DNA of 64,000 nucleotides from Octopus vulgaris (taxonomy: Eukaryota). This document shows, piece after piece, positions 39,966 through 51,707 of this stretch. The translations under genes and the position numbers were made by a program. A model generated the notes under the pieces. The model was not told the DNA's origin. It saw only the letters and a list, made by a program, of their open reading frames with translations, and did not search any database. The stretch spans positions 60,140,001-60,204,000 of the forward strand of contig OX597824.1 of assembly GCA_951406725.2 (NCBI GenBank), given 5' to 3'. The stretch's first letter is position 1. Every line of letters starts with the position of its first letter.

Positions 39966-40301
39966 ATGAAGCGTTAGTTGAGTACAAAGCAGTAATAAGA
40001 CAATGAGATGACAAAGGAATAAACGATTATCGTATGAACTTCAATAGCTTGCAGCTGTTTCTGCTATAAGATACAGTGGACTTATTGTTGAGTGCTTGAG
40101 TAACACTTTATAGCTTCAACAGAGCCTTGTTCATATTCAAGATTCTGATGAAGCTATAAGGTGTTTCTAATGCATTCAATAATAAGTCCACCGCATCTTA
40201 TAGCAGAAATAGCTGCAAGCTATTGAAGTTCATGCGATAATCGTTTATTCCTTTGTCATCTCATTGTCTTATTACTGCTCTGTACTTAACTAACACTTCA
40301 T
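39966..40301. repeat. Fold-back (~160-bp arms) with outward-facing hammerhead-like motifs; truncated relative at ~30410-30600
   Basis: + strand CTGATGA(40145)-a-gctataag...cttatagc-a-GAAA(40206)-tagctg; - strand CTGTTGA...GAAAcagctg. Confidence 0.85.
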
Positions 40302-40317
40302 TCATTCTTCTGTCCTA

Positions 40318-40375
<58 letters not shown>

Positions 40376-41469
40376 CATATATATATATATATACAGACAG
40401 GCATTTGTTGCCACTTTTACGTGGCTGTTCCATGCAGAACAATGTTCAGCTGTGTCTGTGAATCAAGTTACATATGCACACATAAACAATAAAACAATAA
40501 CAATTAAGGATCTTTTCTATTGCAGTGAATTTTCTATTTTTTTAATCTTATTCTCATTGTTTTGAAATTTGGTGAACTGATGTAGCTTTGTAAGCGAATT
40601 ATGAAAATGAAATTCCCTTTTGCCATAAATTAATAAATAAAAAAGTTAATAGCATTTTAAAGTTTGTAAATTTTGGGTAATTTTAACCAATTGAAAGCCA
40701 CCTCTTTTCATAGTAACAAGTCAAGTTGTAGTCTGCTTAAAACTACCACCATGTGTATTTTCTTTGATGAGTGTCTATTTTCTGATCTTCCATTTTTGAA
40801 TTTTTGCCACAAAAACTGTAATAATTGTTTACACGAACTGAACTATTACTACAATACAATGTACTGCTGATTTTTTTTAAAAAAATTTGTAAACTTTTGC
40901 AAAAAGATTTCATTGAAGATTTTTCCTTTTTAAATTTATACTAACCCTAAACCTTATCTCTAACCCCTAACTCCAAATTTTAACCCTAAACCCTAACACA
41001 CAGTTTGTTTGCTTTGTAATATTTCGCAAAAAAATCTCGAAGATTTTTCCCTTTTTAAATTAACATGCCTGTTTGACCATTTGACATGAATTTACTCATT
41101 AAAAACCTATAGAACTTCAAAACTTCCTGCAACTTTTGTCATGTTTTGCTTTCAATTTATTTAATAAAAATTCATCGTAATGTTTTTGCTTTCATTTTGT
41201 GTTAGACAACATCACGTAGGACATGCCAGCATCCACATCTTGTTTTCTGATTAAGTAAAAAAATTGATAAAACTTTAAACCTATGTAATATTTTTCTAAA
41301 AATTTTCTCGAACAGGTGAAGAACAAAATCAGATCGGTGTGAAAAATTCATCAATATAACAAACTTGAAAATTTTCATTTTATTTTAAAATTTCAAAATC
41401 TGTTGACAGCAACAGACATGATCTGCCACTTTGTTTCCTTATACCTTAAGAAAAATGTATATTCTTCCA

Positions 41470-41835
41470 TGAATTCACTGAAGCTCCGGCGTCTGGCGAT
41501 GGACTTGGTAAACACCCACAAAGTTATCAACCACCTCACCAACAACAACACTGAACACCTTTTTGATGTCCATGTGTCCAACACACGTGGACATGCCTAC
41601 AAAATCAGAAAACACAGCTCCCATGACTTTCAGAAACATTTTTTCACGCTCAGAGTTGCTGAAGCATGGAACAAACTGCCTGCATCAGTTGTTGACTGCC
41701 ATGACACTGCATCCTTTAAGGCCCTCATGCTTTCCGAAATCCGCCGAAACTACACCTGATTATACATACACTTTAGCTGAGTTGTAGTGCACCTGAGCAC
41801 TGTACACAATGTTTTATTATTATTATTATTATTAA
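41470..41835 (+). mobile_element. CR1-type LINE 3' fragment with (ATT)n tail, same family as 949-2385
   Basis: SLKLRRLAMDL...FFTLRVAEAWNKLPASVV; shared 3' end gtgcacctgagcactgta. Confidence 0.9.
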
Positions 41836-42719
41836 TATTTCTACAGATGGTGTAGATTCCAAGTATACCAGAGTTTGTTGTGAATTTTTTTCCCTGAAGC
41901 TTAGAAGAGAAATTTCAAAAATTTATGTGTCAGCTTTGTTTCCTCCTAACTTTCAGAAAAATAAGTATATTTATATGAAATTTTCTACAACTATCTTTCA
42001 GAGTGTACAGATTATGTTTATATTAGATTTCAATGTGAAGAAAATAACTGTTGGTCGTATAACAACATACTGACACTCATGACACATCTACAAAATGAAA
42101 CTTATAATTTCTAAAAAAAAAAAGAAAGTTGTGATACGTGTCAGTATGTGTGCACACCATTTTTTCCCTCTTTTTTTTTTTTTTTTCCACATTAATTCTG
42201 TTATATTCTGAATCCATATACTCCGAAAGATATTTACTGAAAATTTCGTTAAAAAAAAAAAATACCCATTTTTCTGAAAGTTATGAAGAAACAAAACCGA
42301 CTCGTATGAATTTTCCGAAACTCCACTATCACCCCTGGCAAAAGTTTTTCGCAACAAATTCCGATATCAATGGAATATTCACCATTTGAAGCGTATCTGT
42401 AAAAAATTTAATCTAAAGAATATCCATTTTTCTGAAAATTATGAGGAAATAAAGTGTGTGGGTGTGGAGGGGGCACAATTAACAAGAGATTTGATAACAA
42501 AATTTTCAGAGGTAAACAAGGAACCCTACGATCCTGGGTCACCCTGACTGTCAAGGACATAACAGGGAGGCGCTTCTTTTGTATCCAACCACCAGGTGTA
42601 AGCTCAACGCGTGCCCACTCAGTCGTGTCATCCTTTCCACCTTTACTGACCGTTCAACAAACATACTCATAATAGATAACGTTAACAAACATCATGGTGC
42701 GGGAGATTAGTAAATTTAC

Positions 42720-42915
42720 CTAAACTACAAGCCATCGCTGTGCCTACCATTCCTCCACCGGATATAACAACATGTCTCGGCTCCACAGATGAACACATCG
42801 ACCGAACAAACATGCGAGTTGTGAAACCATGCCTGTTTCGTAATTTCCTCAGCCAGGACGTCCTGTCAGGGAGAGTTTTCACGAAAGAATATGTTAATAA
42901 CTTTGAAGCCGACAT
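42720..42915 (-). CDS. COQ6: COQ6 coding exon 1 (probable mitochondrial presequence + Rossmann GxGxxG)
   Basis: ATG 42915; Arg/Lys/Ser-rich N-terminus; VVISGGGMVGTAMACSL G|gtaaat; 196 nt. Confidence 0.92.
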
Positions 42916-43257
42916 TACCAGATGCCACAGTAAACACGCAGTGAATGAAGGGACTTAACTCCTTATAACTGTAAAAATAAAAAAGATGGATTTAACTCCC
43001 TTGTTATATTAATACGCTTCACAAACTCACATTCTTCCCCATAACGATTGATTATCAGTTTCAAAAACATGGAATATTTTTATAGTAATTATAATAGTTA
43101 TTTTTAAAAACCTGGTTATACTTTAAAAATTAATCATTATACTATATATTACATTAGTTAAATAATATACTCCACATTTTGTGATAGTGTACACACATAC
43201 TCACATTCATACATTCTATTCTATTTTTATTACATTGTTACATATCAAATTGTATTT

Positions 43258-43300
<43 letters not shown>

Positions 43301-43948
43301 ATATATATATATATATATATACACCCTATGCTGGGTATATTGTTATATTTCATATAGTTTGAAAGTTATTAGTATACCTACATATTATATACATACACAG
43401 CTGTAACTATTAAAACGTTCGCAATATTTACATTTTATTCCATACTTAAATAAGAACGATAGATAACTATTTTTAATGTTATTATTATATTTTATTTTAT
43501 AATTTTTTCCCGGTGGCGTTTCATCAGTCAAAGTCAATACTTCGAACGTTCAGTTTACGTCATTAATGCCATGAGAAAGGCATCAGTGTCACAACCTCCT
43601 GTCTCCAAGACCTGTTACAATTTTTCTTCAGCGCTATAAAACTGCGATTGCCGTCTATAAGCTATTATTTTGATCAAACTCTAGAGATAAATTGTGAGAA
43701 ATTAATATTTTATTGTGATTTCAACAACAAGTCGTATGGAGTTGGAGTTATTTCGTATTTTTACTTCGATCAGAGAAATCTGTTTGCTTTAGAGTTTTGC
43801 TCAGTAAAATAATTCGAAAGGCTAAAAGCTCGATAAAATAGACCACTAGAAATTGTGTGTAGCTAGCTAGATAGTTAGACATGTATGTACCTGCCTCGGT
43901 ATGTTAGTGTGATTTAAGTGTGTTTGCTCTACCCTGCTGTAAGCAGCT
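42916..43948. promoter_or_regulatory. Candidate bidirectional promoter region between COQ6 and FAM161
   Basis: 1033 bp between divergent ATGs with no recognisable TE; TTACGTCA (CRE-like) 43555-43562; TATAAAA 43635-43641; (TA)n ~43260-43320. Confidence 0.6.
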
Positions 43949-45562
43949 ATGGCGTCCTTAGCAACGAAACGTGGGTGTCGAGATACGGGGTGTTCATGTT
44001 TGAAAGAGAAAACACCAACCTCCCCAACTACCACTTACCCAGTACACAAATACAGCAGTGAAATACCGAGGAATATAGAAGAAGAGCGAAGATTAATGAA
44101 CAGAATATGTCAAACGAATTCATTATTAACGTCTGAGTTATTTTCAGAATGTCCTCATTGTAATAACAACAATCAAGATTTTTGTTATGAGTTTATTCAA
44201 AAACTTGCGGAACTGCGAGAGTGCCATAAGAAGACCTTGAACTTCTGGCAAGATCTTTATGAAAAGAATTGTATCAATGAAAGAGCAGCTGTTAATAGAA
44301 TGACCGAACATGTAAATGGAAAACGATCCAAAGATATTTATCCTGTTCATAAAATAAATGTAGATTTTAATGCTAATGAGCCATACGAAAACAATTGTAC
44401 AGTTCATGAGAAAGATTCCTGCAAAAATATCGACAGAAACCAGCAAATATTGGAAAATGTGAAAAAAAGAAATTATTTCAAAAGGAAAGCAAAGAGAAAA
44501 AAGAAGAAAAGCACTCAATCTATAAAAGATGATGGTTATGAATGTATTCCTTGTCGTGCCTTGAGTTGTGATGAATCACAATGGAATAATCAATTCTCAG
44601 AATTACCAGACTATATTGAGGACACTGAGGAGAGTAATTTAGAATTAAATTCACCTGAATATTGTGAGCCGTTTACCAAAATGCAACCTGCAGTGCATCG
44701 CAGCTGTTCATTTATTGACAAATATCAGAACGAAAAAAATGACTGGCACCATGGAATTACAGTACCAAAACCTTTCAACATGACACTTCGAGAGGCAAAC
44801 AAAAAAAAGAAAAAAAGTAAAACATTATTAGACTTTGAGAGAGAATGTGAAGAAAATAGGAGACAAGAAGAATGTGAATGTAAGAAATTATTCAAAGCTT
44901 CTCCTGTCCCTGCTCATGTGTATATGCCTCTTTATGATGAAATCATGAAGAAGAAGGACAGGCAGCGAAGCATATCACAGAAAAACCGAAAGGAATATCT
45001 AGAATCTCTTCAACAACCATTCTCTTTTGCAGGAAAGAACAATGAAAGAAATGTGAGACCATCTTCATGTATATCCTTTGTGGAATCAGAAAAAAAGAAG
45101 CATAAAAAACTCAAGGACAAGCCCATTTCTAGATGTACCCATTCTTTTGATAAAACAGCAACTGAACTAGAGCGAATGAGAAAATTAAATAAGATGCTGA
45201 GAGCTCAAGAACTTGGTGATGAATTACTTTCAACGCCAAAAGGGTTGGAAACAAGTCAGAAACTAAGGGAAGAAGTTATACATGACAATTTAAATGAGAA
45301 AAAGAATTCTTTCACACCAAGCATTCATAAATGTATTCCTGATTATGATGTCTTACACAAACAATTTCAGAAAGAATTATCAAAGAAGAAGAAACTGAGA
45401 AAGAACACTGTTACCCAGCCTTTTTGTTTCCACACTGAAGACGTGGCACTGAAAAGATATATTGCTAAACAAGAGAAGAATATGTATGAAGGAAGCAAGA
45501 GTTACAATAATCTACCTGTCAGGCGAAGGAAATCATTCAGTAAGCTCTATAGCTCCCCTTAA
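43949..45562 (+). CDS. FAM161A: FAM161-family (UPF0564 domain) ciliary/centriolar microtubule-binding protein
   Basis: 537-aa open frame with ITVPKPFNMTLRE, FKASPVPAHVYMPLYDEIM, QPFSF, IPDYDVLHKQF and TVTQPFCFHT; A vs B paralog cannot be assigned. Confidence 0.88.
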   Translation: MASLATKRGCRDTGCSCLKEKTPTSPTTTYPVHKYSSEIPRNIEEERRLMNRICQTNSLLTSELFSECPHCNNNNQDFCYEFIQKLAELRECHKKTLNFWQDLYEKNCINERAAVNRMTEHVNGKRSKDIYPVHKINVDFNANEPYENNCTVHEKDSCKNIDRNQQILENVKKRNYFKRKAKRKKKKSTQSIKDDGYECIPCRALSCDESQWNNQFSELPDYIEDTEESNLELNSPEYCEPFTKMQPAVHRSCSFIDKYQNEKNDWHHGITVPKPFNMTLREANKKKKKSKTLLDFERECEENRRQEECECKKLFKASPVPAHVYMPLYDEIMKKKDRQRSISQKNRKEYLESLQQPFSFAGKNNERNVRPSSCISFVESEKKKHKKLKDKPISRCTHSFDKTATELERMRKLNKMLRAQELGDELLSTPKGLETSQKLREEVIHDNLNEKKNSFTPSIHKCIPDYDVLHKQFQKELSKKKKLRKNTVTQPFCFHTEDVALKRYIAKQEKNMYEGSKSYNNLPVRRRKSFSKLYSSP

Positions 45563-45958
45563 TTACTATTGTTTTCTTCTTTTTGTTGTTGTTTAGGGGC
45601 GGGGCAGGCCTACAGTTCATTTAAGAATTCTTGTAGTTGTTTCAATGTATGCCTTTCTCACATTGAACTTGTTTTTTTCTAGTGCTATTTACTAAGTTGC
45701 TCTTTATGACTCAATAGAGATACTACTACCACCACCACCACCACCACTGTTGATAGAATTTATATATATATGTACATTTAGAATATTTACTAATATTGCA
45801 GTTGTTAATCGTAGCAGTAGTAGTTGTAGTAGTCAAGAACTATAAAAGAGGATTTAACCACAACAGAGTGCCAAAATGGGTGCCTGAAAATAATGAGTTC
45901 ATCTCTAAAAGAAAGACACCTCAAAAGTGTGTGTGTGTATATATATATATAACATATA

Positions 45959-46002
<44 letters not shown>

Positions 46003-46720
46003 ATAATTACGAGTATAATTATAATTAGGGTTAGGCAAAAAATTTGCTTCACCACACACCGAACTTTAGAAATAGCAGCCAGAGAACCTATATATATATA
46101 TATATCTTTTCAGGCCAAGTGAAATCAGTCATGGCTGGTGCCAGTTACATGTAGATGATACCCACTACACTCATGGAGTTTTTGGCATTAGGAAGGGCAC
46201 CCAGTCGTAGCAACTGTACCATATCAGACTGGAACCTGATACAGCTCTCTGGCTTGCCAAGTCCAGTGTCAAACTGTCTTAATCCATGCCTGCATAGAAA
46301 GTGGATGCTAAATATATATGTGTGTGTGTGCTTCCCAACCACATGGATCCGGGTTCAGTCCCACTGCATGACACTTTGGGCAAGTGTCTCCTACTATAGT
46401 CACAGGCTGACCAAAGCTTTGTGAGTGAATTTGGTTGACAGAAACTGGAAGAAGCCTGTCGGTTGTACATGTATGTGTACATGTGTTTTTGTGTTTGTGT
46501 TTGTCCCCCCCCCCCCCATCACTGCTTGACAACTGGTGTTTGGATGTTTACATCCCCATAGCTTAGTAGTTTGTCAAAGATGACTGATAGAATAAATATT
46601 AGGCTTTAAAAAAAATAACTCCTGGAGTTGATTTGTTTGACTAAAACCTTTCAAAGCGGTGCCCCAGCATGGCTGCAGCCAAATGTCTGAAACAAATAAA
46701 AGAATAAAAGCATATATGTA

Positions 46721-47198
46721 TTGTCTCCCTTGTCAGTCTTTAAAAAAGTGCTTTCATGTGGCTAAGAGTTGTTTTGACTTTTATATCTAGCAATATTTGT
46801 GCTGACCAGCACCCTCAGTCACTTTAGTGACGGCTATATTTGTTGTCTTTCGGTTATCAATTACAAATAGTCACTTCAATAATTTATAATTCTCACTTCA
46901 CCATTTTTGGAATCAGTCAATGTTTCATATGGTGTTCTCTATAAGACTGACAAGGTGAGTTGGTCACTGAGGAACATTTATCAAATCTGAAATCATTGAA
47001 GATATGACTCTATCATGGTTGGTATTGGGAGCTTGTCTCCCTTGTCAGCCCTCAGTAAAGTGCACTCATGTGGATAAGTACTGTTTTGACTCCTATTTCT
47101 AGCAATGCTAGTGCTGACTAACACCCTTAGTCCCTCTAGTGATAACTAAAATTCTTGCCTTTTAGTGATAATTGTGAATAGTCACCTTAATAAATTAT
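46721..47198 (+). repeat. ~312-bp-period diverged tandem repeat (1.5 units), retrozyme- or pLTR-like
   Basis: ttgtctcccttgtcag...aatagtcac..aataa at ~46721-46887 and ~47033-47198. Confidence 0.75.
46962..47009 (+). ncRNA. Type I hammerhead ribozyme with canonical core
   Basis: ggtca-CTGAGGA-acattt atc aaatct-GAAA-tc attgaa ga-TA-tgact: stem I ggtca/tgact, stem III atc/gat, one mismatch in stem II. Confidence 0.7.
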
Positions 47199-48622
47199 AT
47201 ATATAGTTGAAATTTACAGAAAAAACATAAGATGGAGACAGGTGTATAAACAACAAGCAGGTAATATATCCACTACTAGGGACATACCTAAAGTAAGGTT
47301 TGGTTGCTAAGTTTTAAAATTTCATATCTAAACTTTAATTTTAATTATGACTTCTATATACATATATATGTGTGTGCATGCCTTTTTGAGTGATAGGAAT
47401 GTGTATACTTGAATATATTCATGTGTATAAATCCATGTGGGTTAAAGTCTTGATATTGTAAACATCCAGAAAAAAAGACGCGAACATATCAATGTTCAAC
47501 AACAGAATGAGACTTATGGACTTATTTCTACATGTATGTATATATATATATATGTCTGTGTGTGTAAGTGTATATTTATGAATATGTACATGCTGTCAAG
47601 TCTACATCATTGGCCTCTTTGATAGTCTCTCATCCCTGTATTCTGTCACTCATATCACTATCATTCACACCACTGTTACTCATGCCACTGCAACCCATGT
47701 TTTAATCACCCAAGTTTTTATCATTCATATCATGCTCTCATGCTCATGTCCCTATTTCTCATTTCACAATCACTCTCTCCTCTTCTCAATCTCATTGTAC
47801 AACACTGCCAGTATTATTAAGAATGATAATATACATTCTTTCCATTGTAGCCAAGGATACCACTGGACCTCTCTGCTCAAAACACTAACATATCACTTTT
47901 CCTCTCTCATCCTTACCACTCTAGGTTTCTTGTTTATCTTGATGCTTAATAGACCTCTTCAGATATGTATGTACCCCATACATTCTACCTATAGTCTGAT
48001 ACTCCTATACCCACTGCCATTTTGTATCTACATCCATCACTTGAATTTGCCATTTATCTATTTCCAGCTGTCATCCCTATCCTCTGCTGGTGTCACAGTA
48101 AAGTGCATTCTGTCATGGTGTGCCACCACAAGTCCCTTTAGTCTTAAGATATGACAACTTCCTAGCACAGGTATCATGAAAAAATGCACTCAGTACAGCC
48201 TGTAAAATGTTTGGTGTTAAGAGGGGTTTGTAGCCACAATAACCAAGCTGTAAATAAATTTTACAAGTGACATGTGGTCTTCCAATCCATTATGAAAGCA
48301 GCGACAACCCATCTAAATCCTGCCAGCACAGAAAGTAAATATTGCTTTCAAACTTTGGTACATGGCCAGCAATTTTGAGGGAAGGGCTAAGTCAATAACA
48401 TCAATCCCAGTGTTCTTGAGATTCTTATTTTATCAACCCCAAAAGGATAGAAGGCAAAGTTGCCATCAGTGGAATTTGAACTCCATATGTAAGGATGGAT
48501 AAAATGCTGCTAAGCATTTTGCCCAGCATGCCAATGATTCTGCCAGCTTGTCACCTTCAGCATGGAAAATAGATACAAAACAGTCATAGTGAGGATATAG
48601 ATACATTTACATAAATATGTGT

Positions 48623-48666
<44 letters not shown>

Positions 48667-49730
48667 GCACACATGCACACACACACATGCACATGTTTAT
48701 ATGAAATCATCATTCATTAATAAATTTTGTGATAGCTCTGCACTTTTGGATTTCTCTGGAATACAAATTCCTTACTTGTAAAGTTGGTGGTAAATGTTGG
48801 CAACAGGAATTGAATCTCCCTCAAAATTTACTCCTGCATAAGTCAAGAAAAAAGGACATTAAATGGAACAAATAAACAAACAGTCTATTTGAATTTTGAG
48901 ATAACCTCCCACCTACCCTGAACCTGAAAGAATCTTGTTTCATCTCGCAAAATTCCTTAGCGGGGTTCTGATAGCAACAATAGTAGTTGAAGAATTCTCT
49001 TGATATCTTGGAGATAACTCAACATCTTGGTTTCTATGATTCACTAAGCTACCTGGATTGCCACCAGACTTCCCCTTTACAGTCTATGTTGACAAGACTT
49101 TCTTTGACCATCATTCTATCCACTTGAATGTAACTTTATGTTTAGTTGCCTCTCTTAAACTCTTTCTTTCTTACATTAATTACTGTCACCTGTACTTTTA
49201 CAAATTTCCTTTGCCCTTTGATCCTACCTTTCATTCCTTAACCTTTTTATTATCATATTTCTGTTGAAATACACTGCCTTTGTTTCAACAGATTTTGAAA
49301 GTAATGTAGAATTTAGTAAAATAATTTTGTCATTATTAACCTACTGTCAGGAACATAAATTGAGATGAAACTTGGAAAGTTTAAATTATGACCTTTTTAA
49401 AACTGTAAGTTTGTATCATAGAACCATGGGGTTGTCTCAGGCAGATTAGTATTGAAAATACTCATCTACTTTTCAAGTGTATAATACTCAACCATTTGTC
49501 AGACAACATGCTTTTCAATGAGACAGAACCATGATATATCTATGGGCTGCACCCATATGGCTGTACCCATCTATGGGCTGCACCAATTGACTCTCTGCTG
49601 TTGCCATAAGTTTTGTTGATCAAAGTTAACCTGGACACAAATATCTGCTAAACATAAATAACTTCCATATATTCCAGAATCTGCAATAGAAATCTAATAG
49701 AGTTTGTATAAAATTACTAAGACACCTCTA

Positions 49731-50394
49731 TATGAGATGGTATCAAACAGTTCCCAGACTAGTTATGGTTAATGAAAAATAACTTATTTACCTAAATTTT
49801 AACACCATCTCCTTCGAAATAGTCACTTTTGGAATCTGGTCTGGAAGATGTTTTCCATAAGCGATTTGATCAGTGACCTTTGAGCTGCATTTTCATCTTG
49901 GGGAAAGGATGGAAATCTGCAGGTGCTAAAGGACAGGTGTGGAAGTGATACTACTTTGTTTTTGGCAAGAAACTCATATGAGTGAGGAGAGCTCAGTGAC
50001 AGGGTACATTGTTGTCGTGAAGAATCCAGTTCTTCGCACTCTACATATCTGGTTGCTTTTGCCGAATATCCTCCCTCAGATGCTCCTAACTATTGCTGTA
50101 TAACTATCAATTGACAGTATGGTGCTAGGGGACGAATTCTTAATGTATACCATGGATGATGAAAATATCCACGAGCATGCTCTTGATTGGCTCTTTGTTC
50201 CAACTTCCTGTCCTTGACAAAAATCATAGACTACAGCATACATGTGATCACAAAAACACAAATTTCACAACTTGTGAACTAAATACAGTGATGTCACATG
50301 GCACACTGCCTTATGGAGGTCACTGCTAGCTCTCACTTTGCATGCAACTATGTGCTGCCATCTATTGGTGTGCTACTTTTTGATACTGCCTCGT
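49731..50394 (-). mobile_element. Internally deleted mariner derivative
   Basis: Imperfect TIRs tatgagatggtatcaaacagt / actttttgatactgcctcgta; minus-strand LHDNNVP and LFPKMK remnants. Confidence 0.65.
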
Positions 50395-50412
50395 ATATAT
50401 ATATATATATTT

Positions 50413-51697
50413 TATGGGTCATACCATAAAATATGTGTTTTTCAATTGCATGAATTAAAAGTTGGAGGGAGATGGAATAAACTATCTGCATCAACTTGCT
50501 ATAAAATCAGGTAGTAATTTTACTGTGTGCTTATTCTTAGTGCAAGTTTTGAAGAGTGCAGTTCAATTTTAACAGTTATTTTTTCAGAGCTATAATGGAA
50601 GTCACAAAGGAGCATATTTGGCATATTTTGCTTTATGAGTTCAATAAAGGCAACACTGCAATGGAAAGTGCGAGGAATATTAATACAGGACATGGGGATC
50701 AGAAAATAAGTGTAAACAAGTGTCAATAGTGGTTCCAGAAATTCTGAGCCGAACCTACAGCCTAGAAGATGAGCCTCATCCTAGAAGATCTGTTGAGCTT
50801 TACGAGGATATCTTGCAAACCCTAGTGGAATAAGATTCCACTGTAACTGTTGAGGAACTAGCAGAGAAACTAGGATTTGGTCATTCAACCATTCATTGAC
50901 ACCTGTGTGCCATCAGAAAAGTCAGCAAATTGGGTCAATGGGCTCCTCACAAACTTTCCGAGTCTAATAGTGTGCAGAGAGTGAATGTGTGTTCTCCTTT
51001 GCTGTCACGTTTCACAAAGGAACCTTTTTTGGACCAAATAGTGACTGGTGATGAGAAATGGGTTCTCTATAAAAATGTCAAGTGTTGAAGACAGTAGGTA
51101 GGGAAAGGAGGAACATCAGCACTCCAGGCTAAAGAAGGTCTTCACCCACATAAGGTGTTGTTATCTGTCTGGTGGCGTACGAAAGGTTTAGTCCACTTTG
51201 AACTTTTAAACCCAAACCAAACAATAAGAAAGGAGATCTGCTGCGGCAGCTTGAGTGGCTTAAAACAGCACTAGAAGAAAAATGTCCGTCTTTGGTTTCA
51301 AGACAAAAGATGTTCTTCCATCAGGATAATGCTTGGCCACATACAGTGAAGATGACATTCCAAAGGCTGGAGCAGATTGAATGGGAAATGATGCCTCACC
51401 CACCACATTAGCTGGACATTTCGTCATCTGATTATCATTTATTCTGCAGTCTTCAAAATCATTTGGACAGAAAAAATATGGATTTCATGGACAAGGTCAA
51501 AACAGTTCTGGAGGAGTGTTATTCATCATGGACAAGTGAATTTTGGAAGAGAGGCCTTGCAAGTCTACCAGATAGATATGGAAGAGCATTGTAGAAAATG
51601 AAGGAGAGTATATTTTAGATTAGAAAAGAACTTTGTTTATCTTAATTTGAAATAAAAGAAAAACAAAAAAAAACACATTATTTATGGTATAACCCAA
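50413..51697 (+). mobile_element. Full-length decayed mariner transposon
   Basis: TIRs tgggtcataccataaa / tttatggtataaccca; LLYEFNKG, WAPHKL, VTGDEKW, HQDNAWPH, SDYHLF remnants. Confidence 0.9.
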
Positions 51698-51707
51698 TAT
51701 ATATATA

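Larger units (their letters stand above)
3977..42915 (-). other. COQ6: COQ6 gene span (ubiquinone biosynthesis FAD monooxygenase), 10 coding exons in window, 3' end outside window
   Basis: Ten GT-AG exons join in frame (1246 nt) with the motifs [28 protein letters not shown] and [18 protein letters not shown]. Confidence 0.95.

Noticed and set aside
40940-40997. Telomere-like (TAACCC) patch
   Set aside because: Short, degenerate and internal; more likely part of a dispersed repeat
44144-44518. 124-aa antisense ORF inside FAM161
   Set aside because: Hydrophobic shadow of an A-rich coding strand with no recognisable motif
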